From Nemertoderma westbladi (taxonomy: Eukaryota > Animalia > Xenacoelomorpha), in assembly GCA_032718475.1 (NCBI GenBank), contig JAUCBJ010003681.1:1-64000 (forward strand): a stretch of 64,000 nucleotides of DNA, read 5' to 3'. Positions 50,001 through 64,000 of this stretch are shown in pieces. Both the position numbers and the translations under genes were made by a program. The notes beneath the pieces were generated by a model. It saw only the letters and a program-made list of their open reading frames with translations, was not told where the DNA came from and ran no database searches. Position 1 is the first letter of the stretch. Every line of letters begins with the position of its first letter.

Positions 50001-53000
50001 ACAACAAATACAGCTGGGTGATAATGACAACAAATACAGCTGGGTGATAATGACAACAAATACAGCTAGGTGATAATGACAACAAATACAGCTGGGTGAT
50101 AATGACAACAAATACAGCTGGGTGAAAATGACAACAAATACAGCTGGGTGAAAATGACAACAAATACAGCTGGGTGATAATGACAACAAATAAAACTGGG
50201 TGATAATGACAACAAATACAGCTAGGTGATAATGACAACAAATAAAACTGGGTGATAATGACAACAAATACAGCTGGGTGATAACAACAAATACAGCCGG
50301 GTGATAATGACAACAAATACAGCTGGGTGATAATGACAACAAATAAAACTGGGTGATAATGACAACAAATACAGCTGGGTGATAATGACAACAAATACAG
50401 CTGGGTGATAATGACAACAAATACAGCTGGGTGATAATGACAACAAATACAGCTGGGTGATAATGACAACAAATACAGCTGGGTGATAATGACAACAAAT
50501 ACAGCTGGGTGAAAATGACAACAAATACAGCTGGGTGATAATGACAACAAATAAAACTGGGTGATAATGACAACAAATACAGCTAGGTGATAATGACAAC
50601 AAATAAAACTGGGTGATAATGACAACAAATACAGCTGGGTGATAACAACAAATACAGCCGGGTGATAATGACAACAAATACAGCTGGGTGATAATGACAA
50701 CAAATAAAACTGGGTGATAATGACAACAAATACAGCTAGGTGATAATGACAACAAATAAAACTGGGTGATAATGACAACAAATACAGCTAGGTGATAATG
50801 ACAACAAATACAGCTGGGTGAAAATGACAACAAATACAGCTGGGTGATAATGACAACAAATAAAACTGGGTGATAATGACAACAAATACAGCTGGGTGAT
50901 AATGACAACAAATACAGCTAGGTGATAATGACAACAAATACAGCCGGGTGATAATGACAACAAATACAGCTGGGTGATAATGACAACAAATACAGCTGGG
51001 TGATAATGACAACAATAACAGCTGGGTGATAATGACAACAAATACAGCTGGGTGATAATGACAACAAATACAGCTGGGTGATAATGACAACAAATACAGC
51101 TGGGTGATAATGACAACAAATACAGCTGGGTGATAATGACAACAAATACAGCTGGGTGATAATGACAACAAATACAGCCGGGTGATAATGACAACAAATA
51201 CAGCTGGGTGATAATGACAACAAATACAGCTGGGTGATAATGACAACAAATACAGCTGGGTGATAATGACAACAAATACAGCTGGGTGATAATGACAACA
51301 AATACAGCTGGGTGATAATGACAACAAATACAGCTGGGTGATAATGACAACAAATACAGCTGGGTGATAATGACAACAAATACAGCTGGGTGATAATGAC
51401 AACAAATACAGCTAGGTGATAATGACAACAAATACAGCTGGGTGATAATGACAACAAATACAGCTGGGTGATAATGACAACAAATACAGCTGGGTGATAA
51501 TGACAACAAATACAGCTGGGTGATAATGACAACAAATACAGCTGGGTGATAATGACAACAAATACAGCTGGGTGATAATGACAACAAATACAGCTGGGTG
51601 ATAATGACAACAAATACAGCTAGGTGATAATGACAACAAATACAGCTGGGTGATAATGACAACAAATACAGCTGGGTGATAATGACAACAAATACAGCTG
51701 GGTGATAATGACAACAAATACAGCTAGGTGATAATGACAACAAATACAGCTGGGTGATAATGACAACAAATAAAACTGGGTGATAATGACAACAAATACA
51801 GCTGGGTGATAATGACAACAAATACAGCTGGGTGATAATGACAACAAATACAGCTAGGTGATAATGACAACAAATACAGCTGGGTGATAATGACAACAAA
51901 TAAAACTGGGTGATAATGACAACAAATACAGCCGGGTGATAATGACAACAAATACAGCTGGGTGATAATGACAACAATTACAGCTAGGTGATAATGACAA
52001 CAAATACAGCTGGGTGATAATGACAACAAATACAGCTGGGTGATAATGACAACAAATACAGCTGGGTGATAATGACAACAATTACAGCTAGGTGATAATG
52101 ACAACAAATACAGCTGGGTGATAATGACAACAAATACAGCTGGGTGATAATGACAACAAATACAGCTGGGTGATAATGACAACAAATACAGCTAGGTGAT
52201 AATGACAACAAATACAGCTGGGTGATAATGACAACAAATAAAACTGGGTGATAATGACAACAAATACAGCTGGGTGATAATGACAACAAATACAGCTGGG
52301 TGATAATGACAACAAATACAGCTGGGTGATAATGACAACAAATAAAACTGGGTGATAATGACAACAAATACAGCTGGGTGATAATGACAACAAATACAGC
52401 TGGGTGATAATGACAACAAATACAGCTAGGTGATAATGACAACAAATACAGCTGGGTGATAATGACAACAAATAAAACTGGGTGATAATGACAACAAATA
52501 CAGCCGGGTGATAATGACAACAATTACAGCTAGGTGATAATGACAACAATTACAGCTAGGTGATAATGACAACAATTACAGCTAGGTGATAATGACAACA
52601 AATACAGCTGGGTGATAATGACAACAAATACAGCTGGGTGATAATGACAACAAATACAGCTGGGTGATAATGACAACAAATACAGCTAGGTGATAATGAC
52701 AACAAATACAGCTGGGTGATAATGACAACAAATAAAACTGGGTGATAATGACAACAAATACAGCTGGGTGATAATGACAACAAATACAGCTGGGTGATAA
52801 TGACAACAAATACAGCTAGGTGATAATGACAACAAATACAGCCGGGTGATAATGACAACAAATACAGCTGGGTGATAATGACAACAAATAAAACTGGGTG
52901 ATAATGACAACAAATACAGCTGGGTGATAATGACAACAAATACAGCTAGGTGATAATGACAACAAATACAGCTGGGTGATAATGACAACAAATAAAACTG

Positions 53001-56000
53001 GGTGATAATGACAACAAATACAGCTGGGTGATAATGACAACAAATACAGCTGGGTGATAATGACAACAAATACAGCTAGGTGATAATGACAACAAATACA
53101 GCTGGGTGATAATGACAACAAATAAAACTGGGTGATAATGACAACAAATACAGCCGGGTGATAATGACAACAAATACAGCTGGGTGATAATGACAACAAT
53201 TACAGCTAGGTGATAATGACAACAAATACAGCTGGGTGATAATGACAACAAATACAGCTGGGTGATAATGACAACAAATACAGCTGGGTGATAATGACAA
53301 CAAATACAGCTGGGTGATAATGACAACAAATACAGCTGGGTGATAATGACAACAAATACAGCTGGGTGATAATGACAACAAATACAGCTGGGTGATAATG
53401 ACAACAAATACAGCTGGGTGATAATGACAACAAATACAGCTAGGTGATAATGACAACAAATACAGCTGGGTGATAATGACAACAAATAAAACTGGGTGAT
53501 AATGACAACAAATACAGCTAGGTGATAATGACAACAAATAAAACTGGGTGATAATGACAACAAATACAGCTGGGTGATAACAACAAATACAGCCGGGTGA
53601 TAATGACAACAAATACAGCTGGGTGATAATGACAACAAATACAGCTGGGTGATAATGACAACAAATAAAACTGGGTGATAATGACAACAAATACAGCCGG
53701 GTGATAATGACAACAAATACAGCTGGGTGATAATGACAACAATTACAGCTAGGTGATAATGACAACAAATACAGCTGGGTGATAATGACAACAAATACAG
53801 CTGGGTGATAATGACAACAAATACAGCTGGGTGATAATGACAACAATTACAGCTAGGTGATAATGACAACAAATACAGCTGGGTGATAATGACAACAAAT
53901 ACAGCTGGGTGATAATGACAACAAATACAGCTGGGTGATAATGACAACAAATACAGCTAGGTGATAATGACAACAAATACAGCTGGGTGATAATGACAAC
54001 AAATAAAACTGGGTGATAATGACAACAAATACAGCTGGGTGATAATGACAACAAATACAGCTGGGTGATAATGACAACAAATACAGCTGGGTGATAATGA
54101 CAACAAATAAAACTGGGTGATAATGACAACAAATACAGCTGGGTGATAATGACAACAAATACAGCTGGGTGATAATGACAACAAATACAGCTAGGTGATA
54201 ATGACAACAAATACAGCTGGGTGATAATGACAACAAATAAAACTGGGTGATAATGACAACAAATACAGCCGGGTGATAATGACAACAATTACAGCTAGGT
54301 GATAATGACAACAATTACAGCTAGGTGATAATGACAACAATTACAGCTAGGTGATAATGACAACAAATACAGCTGGGTGATAATGACAACAAATACAGCT
54401 GGGTGATAATGACAACAAATACAGCTGGGTGATAATGACAACAAATACAGCTAGGTGATAATGACAACAAATACAGCTGGGTGATAATGACAACAAATAA
54501 AACTGGGTGATAATGACAACAAATACAGCTGGGTGATAATGACAACAAATACAGCTGGGTGATAATGACAACAAATACAGCTAGGTGATAATGACAACAA
54601 ATACAGCCGGGTGATAATGACAACAAATACAGCTGGGTGATAATGACAACAAATAAAACTGGGTGATAATGACAACAAATACAGCTGGGTGATAATGACA
54701 ACAAATACAGCTAGGTGATAATGACAACAAATACAGCTGGGTGATAATGACAACAAATAAAACTGGGTGATAATGACAACAAATACAGCTGGGTGATAAT
54801 GACAACAAATACAGCTGGGTGATAATGACAACAAATACAGCTAGGTGATAATGACAACAAATACAGCTGGGTGATAATGACAACAAATAAAACTGGGTGA
54901 TAATGACAACAAATACAGCCGGGTGATAATGACAACAAATACAGCTGGGTGATAATGACAACAATTACAGCTAGGTGATAATGACAACAAATACAGCTGG
55001 GTGATAATGACAACAAATACAGCTGGGTGATAATGACAACAAATACAGCTGGGTGATAATGACAACAATTACAGCTAGGTGATAATGACAACAAATACAG
55101 CTGGGTGATAATGACAACAAATACAGCTGGGTGATAATGACAACAAATACAGCTGGGTGATAATGACAACAAATACAGCTAGGTGATAATGACAACAAAT
55201 ACAGCTGGGTGATAATGACAACAAATAAAACTGGGTGATAATGACAACAAATACAGCTGGGTGATAATGACAACAAATACAGCTGGGTGATAATGACAAC
55301 AAATACAGCTGGGTGATAATGACAACAAATAAAACTGGGTGATAATGACAACAAATACAGCTGGGTGATAATGACAACAAATACAGCTGGGTGATAATGA
55401 CAACAAATACAGCTAGGTGATAATGACAACAAATACAGCTGGGTGATAATGACAACAAATAAAACTGGGTGATAATGACAACAAATACAGCCGGGTGATA
55501 ATGACAACAATTACAGCTAGGTGATAATGACAACAATTACAGCTAGGTGATAATGACAACAATTACAGCTAGGTGATAATGACAACAAATACAGCTGGGT
55601 GATAATGACAACAAATACAGCTGGGTGATAATGACAACAAATACAGCTGGGTGATAATGACAACAAATACAGCTAGGTGATAATGACAACAAATACAGCT
55701 GGGTGATAATGACAACAAATAAAACTGGGTGATAATGACAACAAATACAGCTGGGTGATAATGACAACAAATACAGCTGGGTGATAATGACAACAAATAC
55801 AGCTAGGTGATAATGACAACAAATACAGCCGGGTGATAATGACAACAAATACAGCTGGGTGATAATGACAACAAATAAAACTGGGTGATAATGACAACAA
55901 ATACAGCTGGGTGATAATGACAACAAATACAGCTAGGTGATAATGACAACAAATACAGCTGGGTGATAATGACAACAAATAAAACTGGGTGATAATGACA

Positions 56001-59000
56001 ACAAATACAGCTGGGTGATAATGACAACAAATACAGCTGGGTGATAATGACAACAAATACAGCTAGGTGATAATGACAACAAATACAGCTGGGTGATAAT
56101 GACAACAAATAAAACTGGGTGATAATGACAACAATTACAGCCGGGTGATAATGACAACAAATACAGCTGGGTGATAATGACAACAATTACAGCTAGGTGA
56201 TAATGACAACAAATACAGCTGGGTGATAATGACAACAAATACAGCTGGGTGATAATGACAACAAATACAGCTGGGTGATAATGACAACAAATACAGCTGG
56301 GTGATAATGACAACAAATACAGCTGGGTGATAATGACAACAAATACAGCTGGGTGATAATGACAACAAATACAGCTGGGTGATAATGACAACAAATACAG
56401 CTGGGTGATAATGACAACAAATACAGCTAGGTGATAATGACAACAAATACAGCTGGGTGATAATGACAACAAATAAAACTGGGTGATAATGACAACAAAT
56501 ACAGCTAGGTGATAATGACAACAAATAAAACTGGGTGATAATGACAACAAATACAGCTGGGTGATAACAACAAATACAGCCGGGTGATAATGACAACAAA
56601 TACAGCTGGGTGATAATGACAACAAATACAGCTGGGTGATAATGACAACAAATAAAACTGGGTGATAATGACAACAAATACAGCCGGGTGATAATGACAA
56701 CAAATACAGCTGGGTGATAATGACAACAATTACAGCTAGGTGATAATGACAACAAATACAGCTGGGTGATAATGACAACAAATACAGCTGGGTGATAATG
56801 ACAACAAATACAGCTGGGTGATAATGACAACAATTACAGCTAGGTGATAATGACAACAAATACAGCTGGGTGATAATGACAACAAATACAGCTGGGTGAT
56901 AATGACAACAAATACAGCTGGGTGATAATGACAACAAATACAGCTAGGTGATAATGACAACAAATACAGCTGGGTGATAATGACAACAAATAAAACTGGG
57001 TGATAATGACAACAAATACAGCTGGGTGATAATGACAACAAATACAGCTGGGTGATAATGACAACAAATACAGCTGGGTGATAATGACAACAAATAAAAC
57101 TGGGTGATAATGACAACAAATACAGCTGGGTGATAATGACAACAAATACAGCTGGGTGATAATGACAACAAATACAGCTAGGTGATAATGACAACAAATA
57201 CAGCTGGGTGATAATGACAACAAATAAAACTGGGTGATAATGACAACAAATACAGCCGGGTGATAATGACAACAATTACAGCTAGGTGATAATGACAACA
57301 ATTACAGCTAGGTGATAATGACAACAATTACAGCTAGGTGATAATGACAACAAATACAGCTGGGTGATAATGACAACAAATACAGCTGGGTGATAATGAC
57401 AACAAATACAGCTGGGTGATAATGACAACAAATACAGCTAGGTGATAATGACAACAAATACAGCTGGGTGATAATGACAACAAATAAAACTGGGTGATAA
57501 TGACAACAAATACAGCTGGGTGATAATGACAACAAATACAGCTGGGTGATAATGACAACAAATACAGCTAGGTGATAATGACAACAAATACAGCCGGGTG
57601 ATAATGACAACAAATACAGCTGGGTGATAATGACAACAAATAAAACTGGGTGATAATGACAACAAATACAGCTGGGTGATAATGACAACAAATACAGCTA
57701 GGTGATAATGACAACAAATACAGCTGGGTGATAATGACAACAAATAAAACTGGGTGATAATGACAACAAATACAGCTGGGTGATAATGACAACAAATACA
57801 GCTGGGTGATAATGACAACAAATACAGCTAGGTGATAATGACAACAAATACAGCTGGGTGATAATGACAACAAATAAAACTGGGTGATAATGACAACAAA
57901 TACAGCCGGGTGATAATGACAACAAATACAGCTGGGTGATAATGACAACAATTACAGCTAGGTGATAATGACAACAAATACAGCTGGGTGATAATGACAA
58001 CAAATACAGCTGGGTGATAATGACAACAAATACAGCTGGGTGATAATGACAACAAATACAGCTGGGTGATAATGACAACAAATACAGCTGGGTGATAATG
58101 ACAACAAATACAGCTGGGTGATAATGACAACAAATACAGCTGGGTGATAATGACAACAAATACAGCTGGGTGATAATGACAACAAATACAGCTAGGTGAT
58201 AATGACAACAAATACAGCTGGGTGATAATGACAACAAATAAAACTGGGTGATAATGACAACAAATACAGCTAGGTGATAATGACAACAAATAAAACTGGG
58301 TGATAATGACAACAAATACAGCTGGGTGATAACAACAAATACAGCCGGGTGATAATGACAACAAATACAGCTGGGTGATAATGACAACAAATACAGCTGG
58401 GTGATAATGACAACAAATAAAACTGGGTGATAATGACAACAAATACAGCTGGGTGATAACAACAAATACAGCCGGGTGATAATGACAACAAATACAGCTG
58501 GGTGATAATGACAACAAATACAGCTGGGTGATAATGACAACAAATACAGCTGGGTGATAATGACAACAATAACAGCTGGGTGATAATGACAACAAATACA
58601 GCTGGGTGATAATGACAACAAATACAGCTGGGTGATAATGACAACAAATACAGCTGGGTGAAAATGACAACAAATACAGCTGGGTGATAATGACAACAAA
58701 TAAAACTGGGTGATAATGACAACAAATACAGCTGGGTGATAATGACAACAAATACAGCTGGGTGATAATGACAACAAATACAGCTAGGTGATAATGACAA
58801 CAAATACAGCTGGGTGAAAATGACAACAAATACAGCTGGGTGATAATGACAACAAATAAAACTGGGTGATAATGACAACAAATACAGCTAGGTGATAATG
58901 ACAACAAATAAAACTGGGTGATAATGACAACAAATACAGCTAGGTGATAATGACAACAAATACAGCTGGGTGAAAATGACAACAAATACAGCTGGGTGAT

Positions 59001-60948
59001 AATGACAACAAATAAAACTGGGTGATAATGACAACAAATACAGCTGGGTGATAATGACAACAAATACAGCTGGGTGATAATGACAACAAATACAGCTAGG
59101 TGATAATGACAACAAATACAGCTGGGTGATAATGACAACAAATACAGCTAGGTGATAATGACAACAAATACAGCTGGGTGATAATGACAACAAATACAGC
59201 TGGGTGATAATGACAACAAATACAGCTAGGTGATAATGACAACAAATACAGCTGGGTGATAATGACAACAAATACAGCTGGGTGATAATGACAACAAATA
59301 CAGCTGGGTGATAATGACAACAAATACAGCTGGGTGATAATGACAACAAATACAGCTGGGTGATAATGACAACAAATACAGCTGGGTGATAATGACAACA
59401 AATACAACTGGGTGATAATGACAACAAATACAGCCGGGTGATAATGACAACAATAACAGCCGGGTGATAATGACAACAAATACAGCTGGGTGATAATGAC
59501 AACAATAACAGCCGGGTGATAATGACAACAAATACAGCCGGGTGATAATGACAACAAATACAGCTGGGTGATAATGACAACAAATACAGCTGGGTGATAA
59601 TGACAACAAATACAGCTGGGTGATAATGACAACAAATACAGCTGGGTGATAATGACAACAAATACAGCTGGGTGATAATGACAACAAATACACCAGGGTG
59701 ATAATGACAACAAATACAGCCGGGTGATAATGACAACAAATACAGCTGGGTGATAATGACAACAAATAAAACTGGGTGATAATGACAACAAATACACCAG
59801 GGTGATAATGACAACAAATAAAACTGGGTGATAATGACAACAATAACAGCTGGGTGATAATGACAACAAATACAGCTGGGTGATAATGACAACAAATACA
59901 GCTGGGTGATAATGACAACAAATAAAACTGGGTGATAATGACAACAATAACAGCTGGGTGATAATGACAACAAATACAGCCGGGTGATAATGACAACAAA
60001 TACAGCTGGGTGATAATGACAACAAATAAAACTGGGTGATAATGACAACAATAACAGCTGGGTGATAATGACAACAAATACAGCCGGGTGATAATGACAA
60101 CAAATACAGCTGGGTGATAATGACAACAAATAAAACTGGGTGATAATGACAACAATAACAGCTGGGTGATAATGACAACAAATACAGCTGGGTGATAATG
60201 ACAACAAATAAAACTGGGTGATAATGACAACAATAACAGCTGGGTGATAATGACAACAAATACAGCTGGGTGATAATGACAACAAATACAGCTGGGTGAT
60301 AATGACAACAAATACAGCTGGGTGATAATGACAACAAATACAGCCGGGTGATAATGACAACAAATACAGCTGGGTGATAATGACAACAAATACAGCTGGG
60401 TGATAATGACAACAAATACAGCTGGGTGATAATGACAACAAATACACCAGGGTGATAATGACAACAAATACAGCTGGGTGATAATGACAACAAATACAGC
60501 TGGGTGATAATGACAACAAATAAAACTGGGTGATAATGACAACAAATACAGCTGGGTGATAATGACAACAAATACAGCCGGGTGATAATGACAACAAATA
60601 CAGCTGGGTGATAATGACAACAAATACAGCTGGGTGATAATGACAACAAATACAGCTGGGTGATAATGACAACAAATACAGCTGGGTGATAATGACAACA
60701 AATACAGCTGGGTGATAATGACAACAAATACAGCTGGGTGATAATGACAACAAATACAGCTGGGTGAAAATGACAACAAATACAGCTGGGTGAAAATGAC
60801 AACAAATACAGCTAGGTGATAATGACAACAAATACAGCTGGGTGATAATGACAACAATAACAGCTGGGTGATAATGACAACAAATACAGCTGGGTGATAA
60901 TGACAACAAATACAGCTGGGTGATAATGACAACAAATACAGCCGGGTG
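41062..60948. repeat. ~20-kb satellite, 26-bp unit (~765 copies)
   Basis: Consensus GTGATAATGACAACAAATACAGCTGG, with a small set of recurrent variants (CTAGG, CCGGG, TAAAACTGG, CACCAGG, 23-bp deletion). Confidence 0.98.
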
Positions 60949-61650
60949 ACATATACATGCAGTGACATATAAACTGAATGCAGTGACATATAAACTGAAT
61001 GCAGTGACATATAAACTGAATGCAGTGACATATAAACTGAATGCAGTGACATATAAACTGAATGCAGTGACATATAAACTGAATGCAGTGACATATAAAC
61101 TGAATGCAGTGACATATAAACTGAATGCAGTGACATATAAACTGAATGCAGTGACATATAAACTGAATGCAGTGACATATAAACTAAATGCAGTGACATA
61201 TAAACTGAATTCAGTGACATATAAACTGAATGCAGTGACATATAAACTGAATGCAGTGACATATAAACTGAATGCAGTGACATATAAACTGAATGCAGTG
61301 ACATATAAACTGAATGAAGTGACATATAAACTGAATGCAGTGACATATAAACTGAATGCAGTGACATATAAACTGAATGCAGTGACATATAAACTGAATG
61401 CAGTGACATATAAACTGAATGCAGTGACATATAAACTGAATACAGTGACATATAAACTGAATGCAGTGACATATAAACTGAATGCAGTGACATATAAACT
61501 GAATGCAGTGACATATAAACTGAATGCAGTGACATATAAACTGAATGCAGTGACATATAAACTGAATGCAGTGACATATAAACTGAATGCAGTGACATAT
61601 AAACTGAATGCAGTGACATATAAACTGAATGCAGTGACATATAAACTGAA
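60945..61650. repeat. 21-bp satellite (~33 copies)
   Basis: GTGACATATAAACTGAATGCA, directly abutting the 26-bp array. Confidence 0.97.
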
Positions 61651-61858
61651 TTATTTCATTTCGGTTTATTTGAGTTACAAAACATATTTGCTTAGTAAAT
61701 ATTAGTAGCGACATTAATTGATTACTTTAGTGCTGATAGTGGAGTTTGTGAGTTGCATAGGGCTAAACCAATATTTACATCCTTGTAAATACAACATTGC
61801 CTGGAATATAGCGTCGCTATTATTTAACTATGACGCAACTATTTAACAATATTTATCT

Positions 61859-62182
61859 ATATTAAAACAATAAAATAGGACATGGGGTCTTATTCCCTCA
61901 GATACTACCTAGCATTTAGGGCCACTTGGGCCACTGTTAGTACTCAGGCACTAAGGCCCATCAAAAAACAAAATACCAAATAGATTTTAGTGCTACATAA
62001 ACCAACCCAACTACCACAAGAAAAATTACACCAAACCATACAGTAACTACAGGTACCGGTAAGTATTGCACGAAATAGGCTATCCCATAAATTACGAAAA
62101 ATATAGGACATTTTGTCCGCCGAAAAGGTAAGTCTAATTAATAAATTTTATAAAAATATGTCCTATTTTATTGTTTTAATAT
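61859..62182. mobile_element. MITE-like element with 25-bp terminal inverted repeats
   Basis: ATATTAAAACAATAAAATAGGACAT (61859-61883) and its reverse complement at 62158-62182. Confidence 0.7.
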
Positions 62183-62324
62183 TAATATTACAATCCCTCT
62201 GAAGTCGTGGTTGTCTAACATCATATAATTTTTATCTAGTTTTTGAATATAAATGTTGCGAACGATTCGATGTGTAATATTCGAAATATAGTTGATACGA
62301 AATAATGTTTGCCTTCTCTCTTAC

Positions 62325-64000
62325 CTCTGTTTGCTTAGACTGGCTATTATCTACAAAGAACCTCTGGTACCACAATAATATTGTCTCTGTTTGCTTAGAC
62401 TGGCTATTATCTACAAAGAACATCTGGTACCACAATAATATTGTCTCTGTTTGCTTAGACTGGCTATTATTTACAAAGAACCTCTGGTGCCACAATAATA
62501 TTGTCTCTGTTTGTTTAGACTGGCTATTATCTACAAAGAACCTCTGGTGCCACAATAATATTGTCTCTGTTTGCTTAGACTGGCAATTATCTACAAAGAA
62601 CCTCTGGTACCACAATAATATTGTCTCTGTTTGTTTAGACTGGCTATTATTTACAAAGAACCTCTGGTACCACAATAATATTGTCTCTGTTTGCTTAGAC
62701 CGGCTATTATCTACAAAGAACCTCTGGTGCCACAATAATATTGTCTCTGTTTGCTTATACTGGCTATTATCTACAAAGAACCTCTGGTGCCACAATAATA
62801 TTGTCTCTGTTTGCTTAGACTGGCTATTATTTACAAAGAACCTCTGGTGCCACAATAATATTGTCTCTGTTTGTTTAGACTGGCTATTATCTACAAAGAA
62901 CCTCTGGTGCCACAATAATATTGTCTCTGTTTGCTTAGACTGGCTATTATTTACAAAGAACCTCTGGTGCCACAATAATATTGTCTCTGTTTGTTTAGAC
63001 TGGCTATTATCTACAAAGAACCTCTGGTGCCACAATAATATTGTCTCTGTTTGCTTAGACTGGCAATTATCTACAAAGAACCTCTGGTACCACAATAATA
63101 TTGTCTCTGTTTGTTTAGACTGGCTATTATTTACAAAGAACCTCTGGTGCCACAATAATATTGTCTCTGTTTGCTTAGACCGGCTATTATCTACAGAGAA
63201 CCTCTGGTACCAAAATAATATTGTCTCTGTTTGCTTAGACTGGCTATTATTTACAAAGAACCTCTGGTGCCACAATAATATTTTCTCTGTTTGCTTAGAC
63301 TGGCTATTATCTACAAAGAACCTCTGGTACCACAATAATATTGTCTCTGTTTGCTTAGACTGGCTATTATCTACAAAGAACCTCTGGTGCCACAATAATA
63401 TTGTCTCTGTTTGCTTAGACTGGCTATTATCTACAAAGAACCTCTGGTACCACAATAATATTGTCTCTGTTTGCTTAGACTGGCTATTATCTACAAAGAA
63501 CCTCTGGTACCACAATAATATTGTCTCTGTTTGCTTAGACTGGCTATTATCTACAAAGAACCTCTGGTACCACAATAATATTGTCTCTGTTTGCTTAGAC
63601 CGGCTATTATCTACAGAGAACCTCTGGTACCAAAATAATATTGTCTCTGTTTGCTTAGACCGGCTATTATCTACAAAGAACCTCTGGTACCACAATAATA
63701 TTGTCTCTGTTTGCTTAGACTGGCTATTATCTACAAAGAACATCTGGTACCACAATAATATTGTCTCTGTTTGCTTAGACTGTCTATTATCTACAAAGAA
63801 CATCTGGTACCACAATAATATTGTCTCTGTTTGCTTAGACTGGCTATTATTTACAAAGAACCTCTGGTACCACAATAATATTATCTCTGTTTGCTTAGAC
63901 TGGCTATTATTTACAAAGAACCTCTGGTACCACAATAATATTGTCTCTGTTTGCTTAGACCGGCTATTATTTACAAAGAACCTCTGGTACCACAATAATA
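62325..64000. repeat. 60-bp satellite (at least 28 copies, runs off the right edge)
   Basis: TCTGTTTGCTTAGACTGGCTATTATCTACAAAGAACCTCTGGTACCACAATAATATTGTC. Confidence 0.98.

Noticed and set aside
40984-61714. Huge minus-strand ORFs (up to 2103 aa, LSLSPSCICCHYHPAVFVVIITQLYL repeats) and the 21-bp repeat ORFs
   Set aside because: The 26-bp unit has no minus-strand stop, so all three frames give the same 26-aa cycle. Stop-creating variants are scattered freely. This is a satellite artefact.
62232-63995. 587-aa ORF across the 60-bp repeat
   Set aside because: It is open only because the unit is a multiple of 3 and lacks a stop in one frame. No recognisable domain is present, so I do not call it a CDS.

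Overview
Repeat-dense eukaryotic DNA, most likely from an invertebrate animal; there are no prokaryotic features. From left to right it contains: (1) the 5' part of a minus-strand retroelement, with a gag-like ORF of at least 785 codons running off the left edge, a ~2-kb leader, and an LTR-like promoter holding a tRNA-like Pol III cassette; (2) an ~11-kb head-to-tail concatemer of two non-autonomous Helitron families (A'-A-B-A-B), whose internal 146-147-bp tandem units each carry a same-orientation CTCF-like site, often with the upstream TGCAG module; (3) a cluster of decayed retroelements: RTE-clade LINEs (one near full length with an unusual ~600-bp flanking direct repeat), BEL/Pao integrase pieces, CR1/L2 and Penelope fragments; (4) three in-frame minus-strand exons (40828-40634, 34939-34775, 30582-30253) of a host four-TM membrane protein with PPxY motifs (LAPTM/DUF4728-like), whose introns hold a SINE-derived satellite and a nested LINE/HINE/RTE insertion; (5) a ~20-kb 26-bp satellite with higher-order structure, followed by 21-bp and 60-bp satellites. 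The very long ORFs listed across 41-64 kb are satellite artefacts. All family assignments rest on motif recognition by eye; no database search was run.
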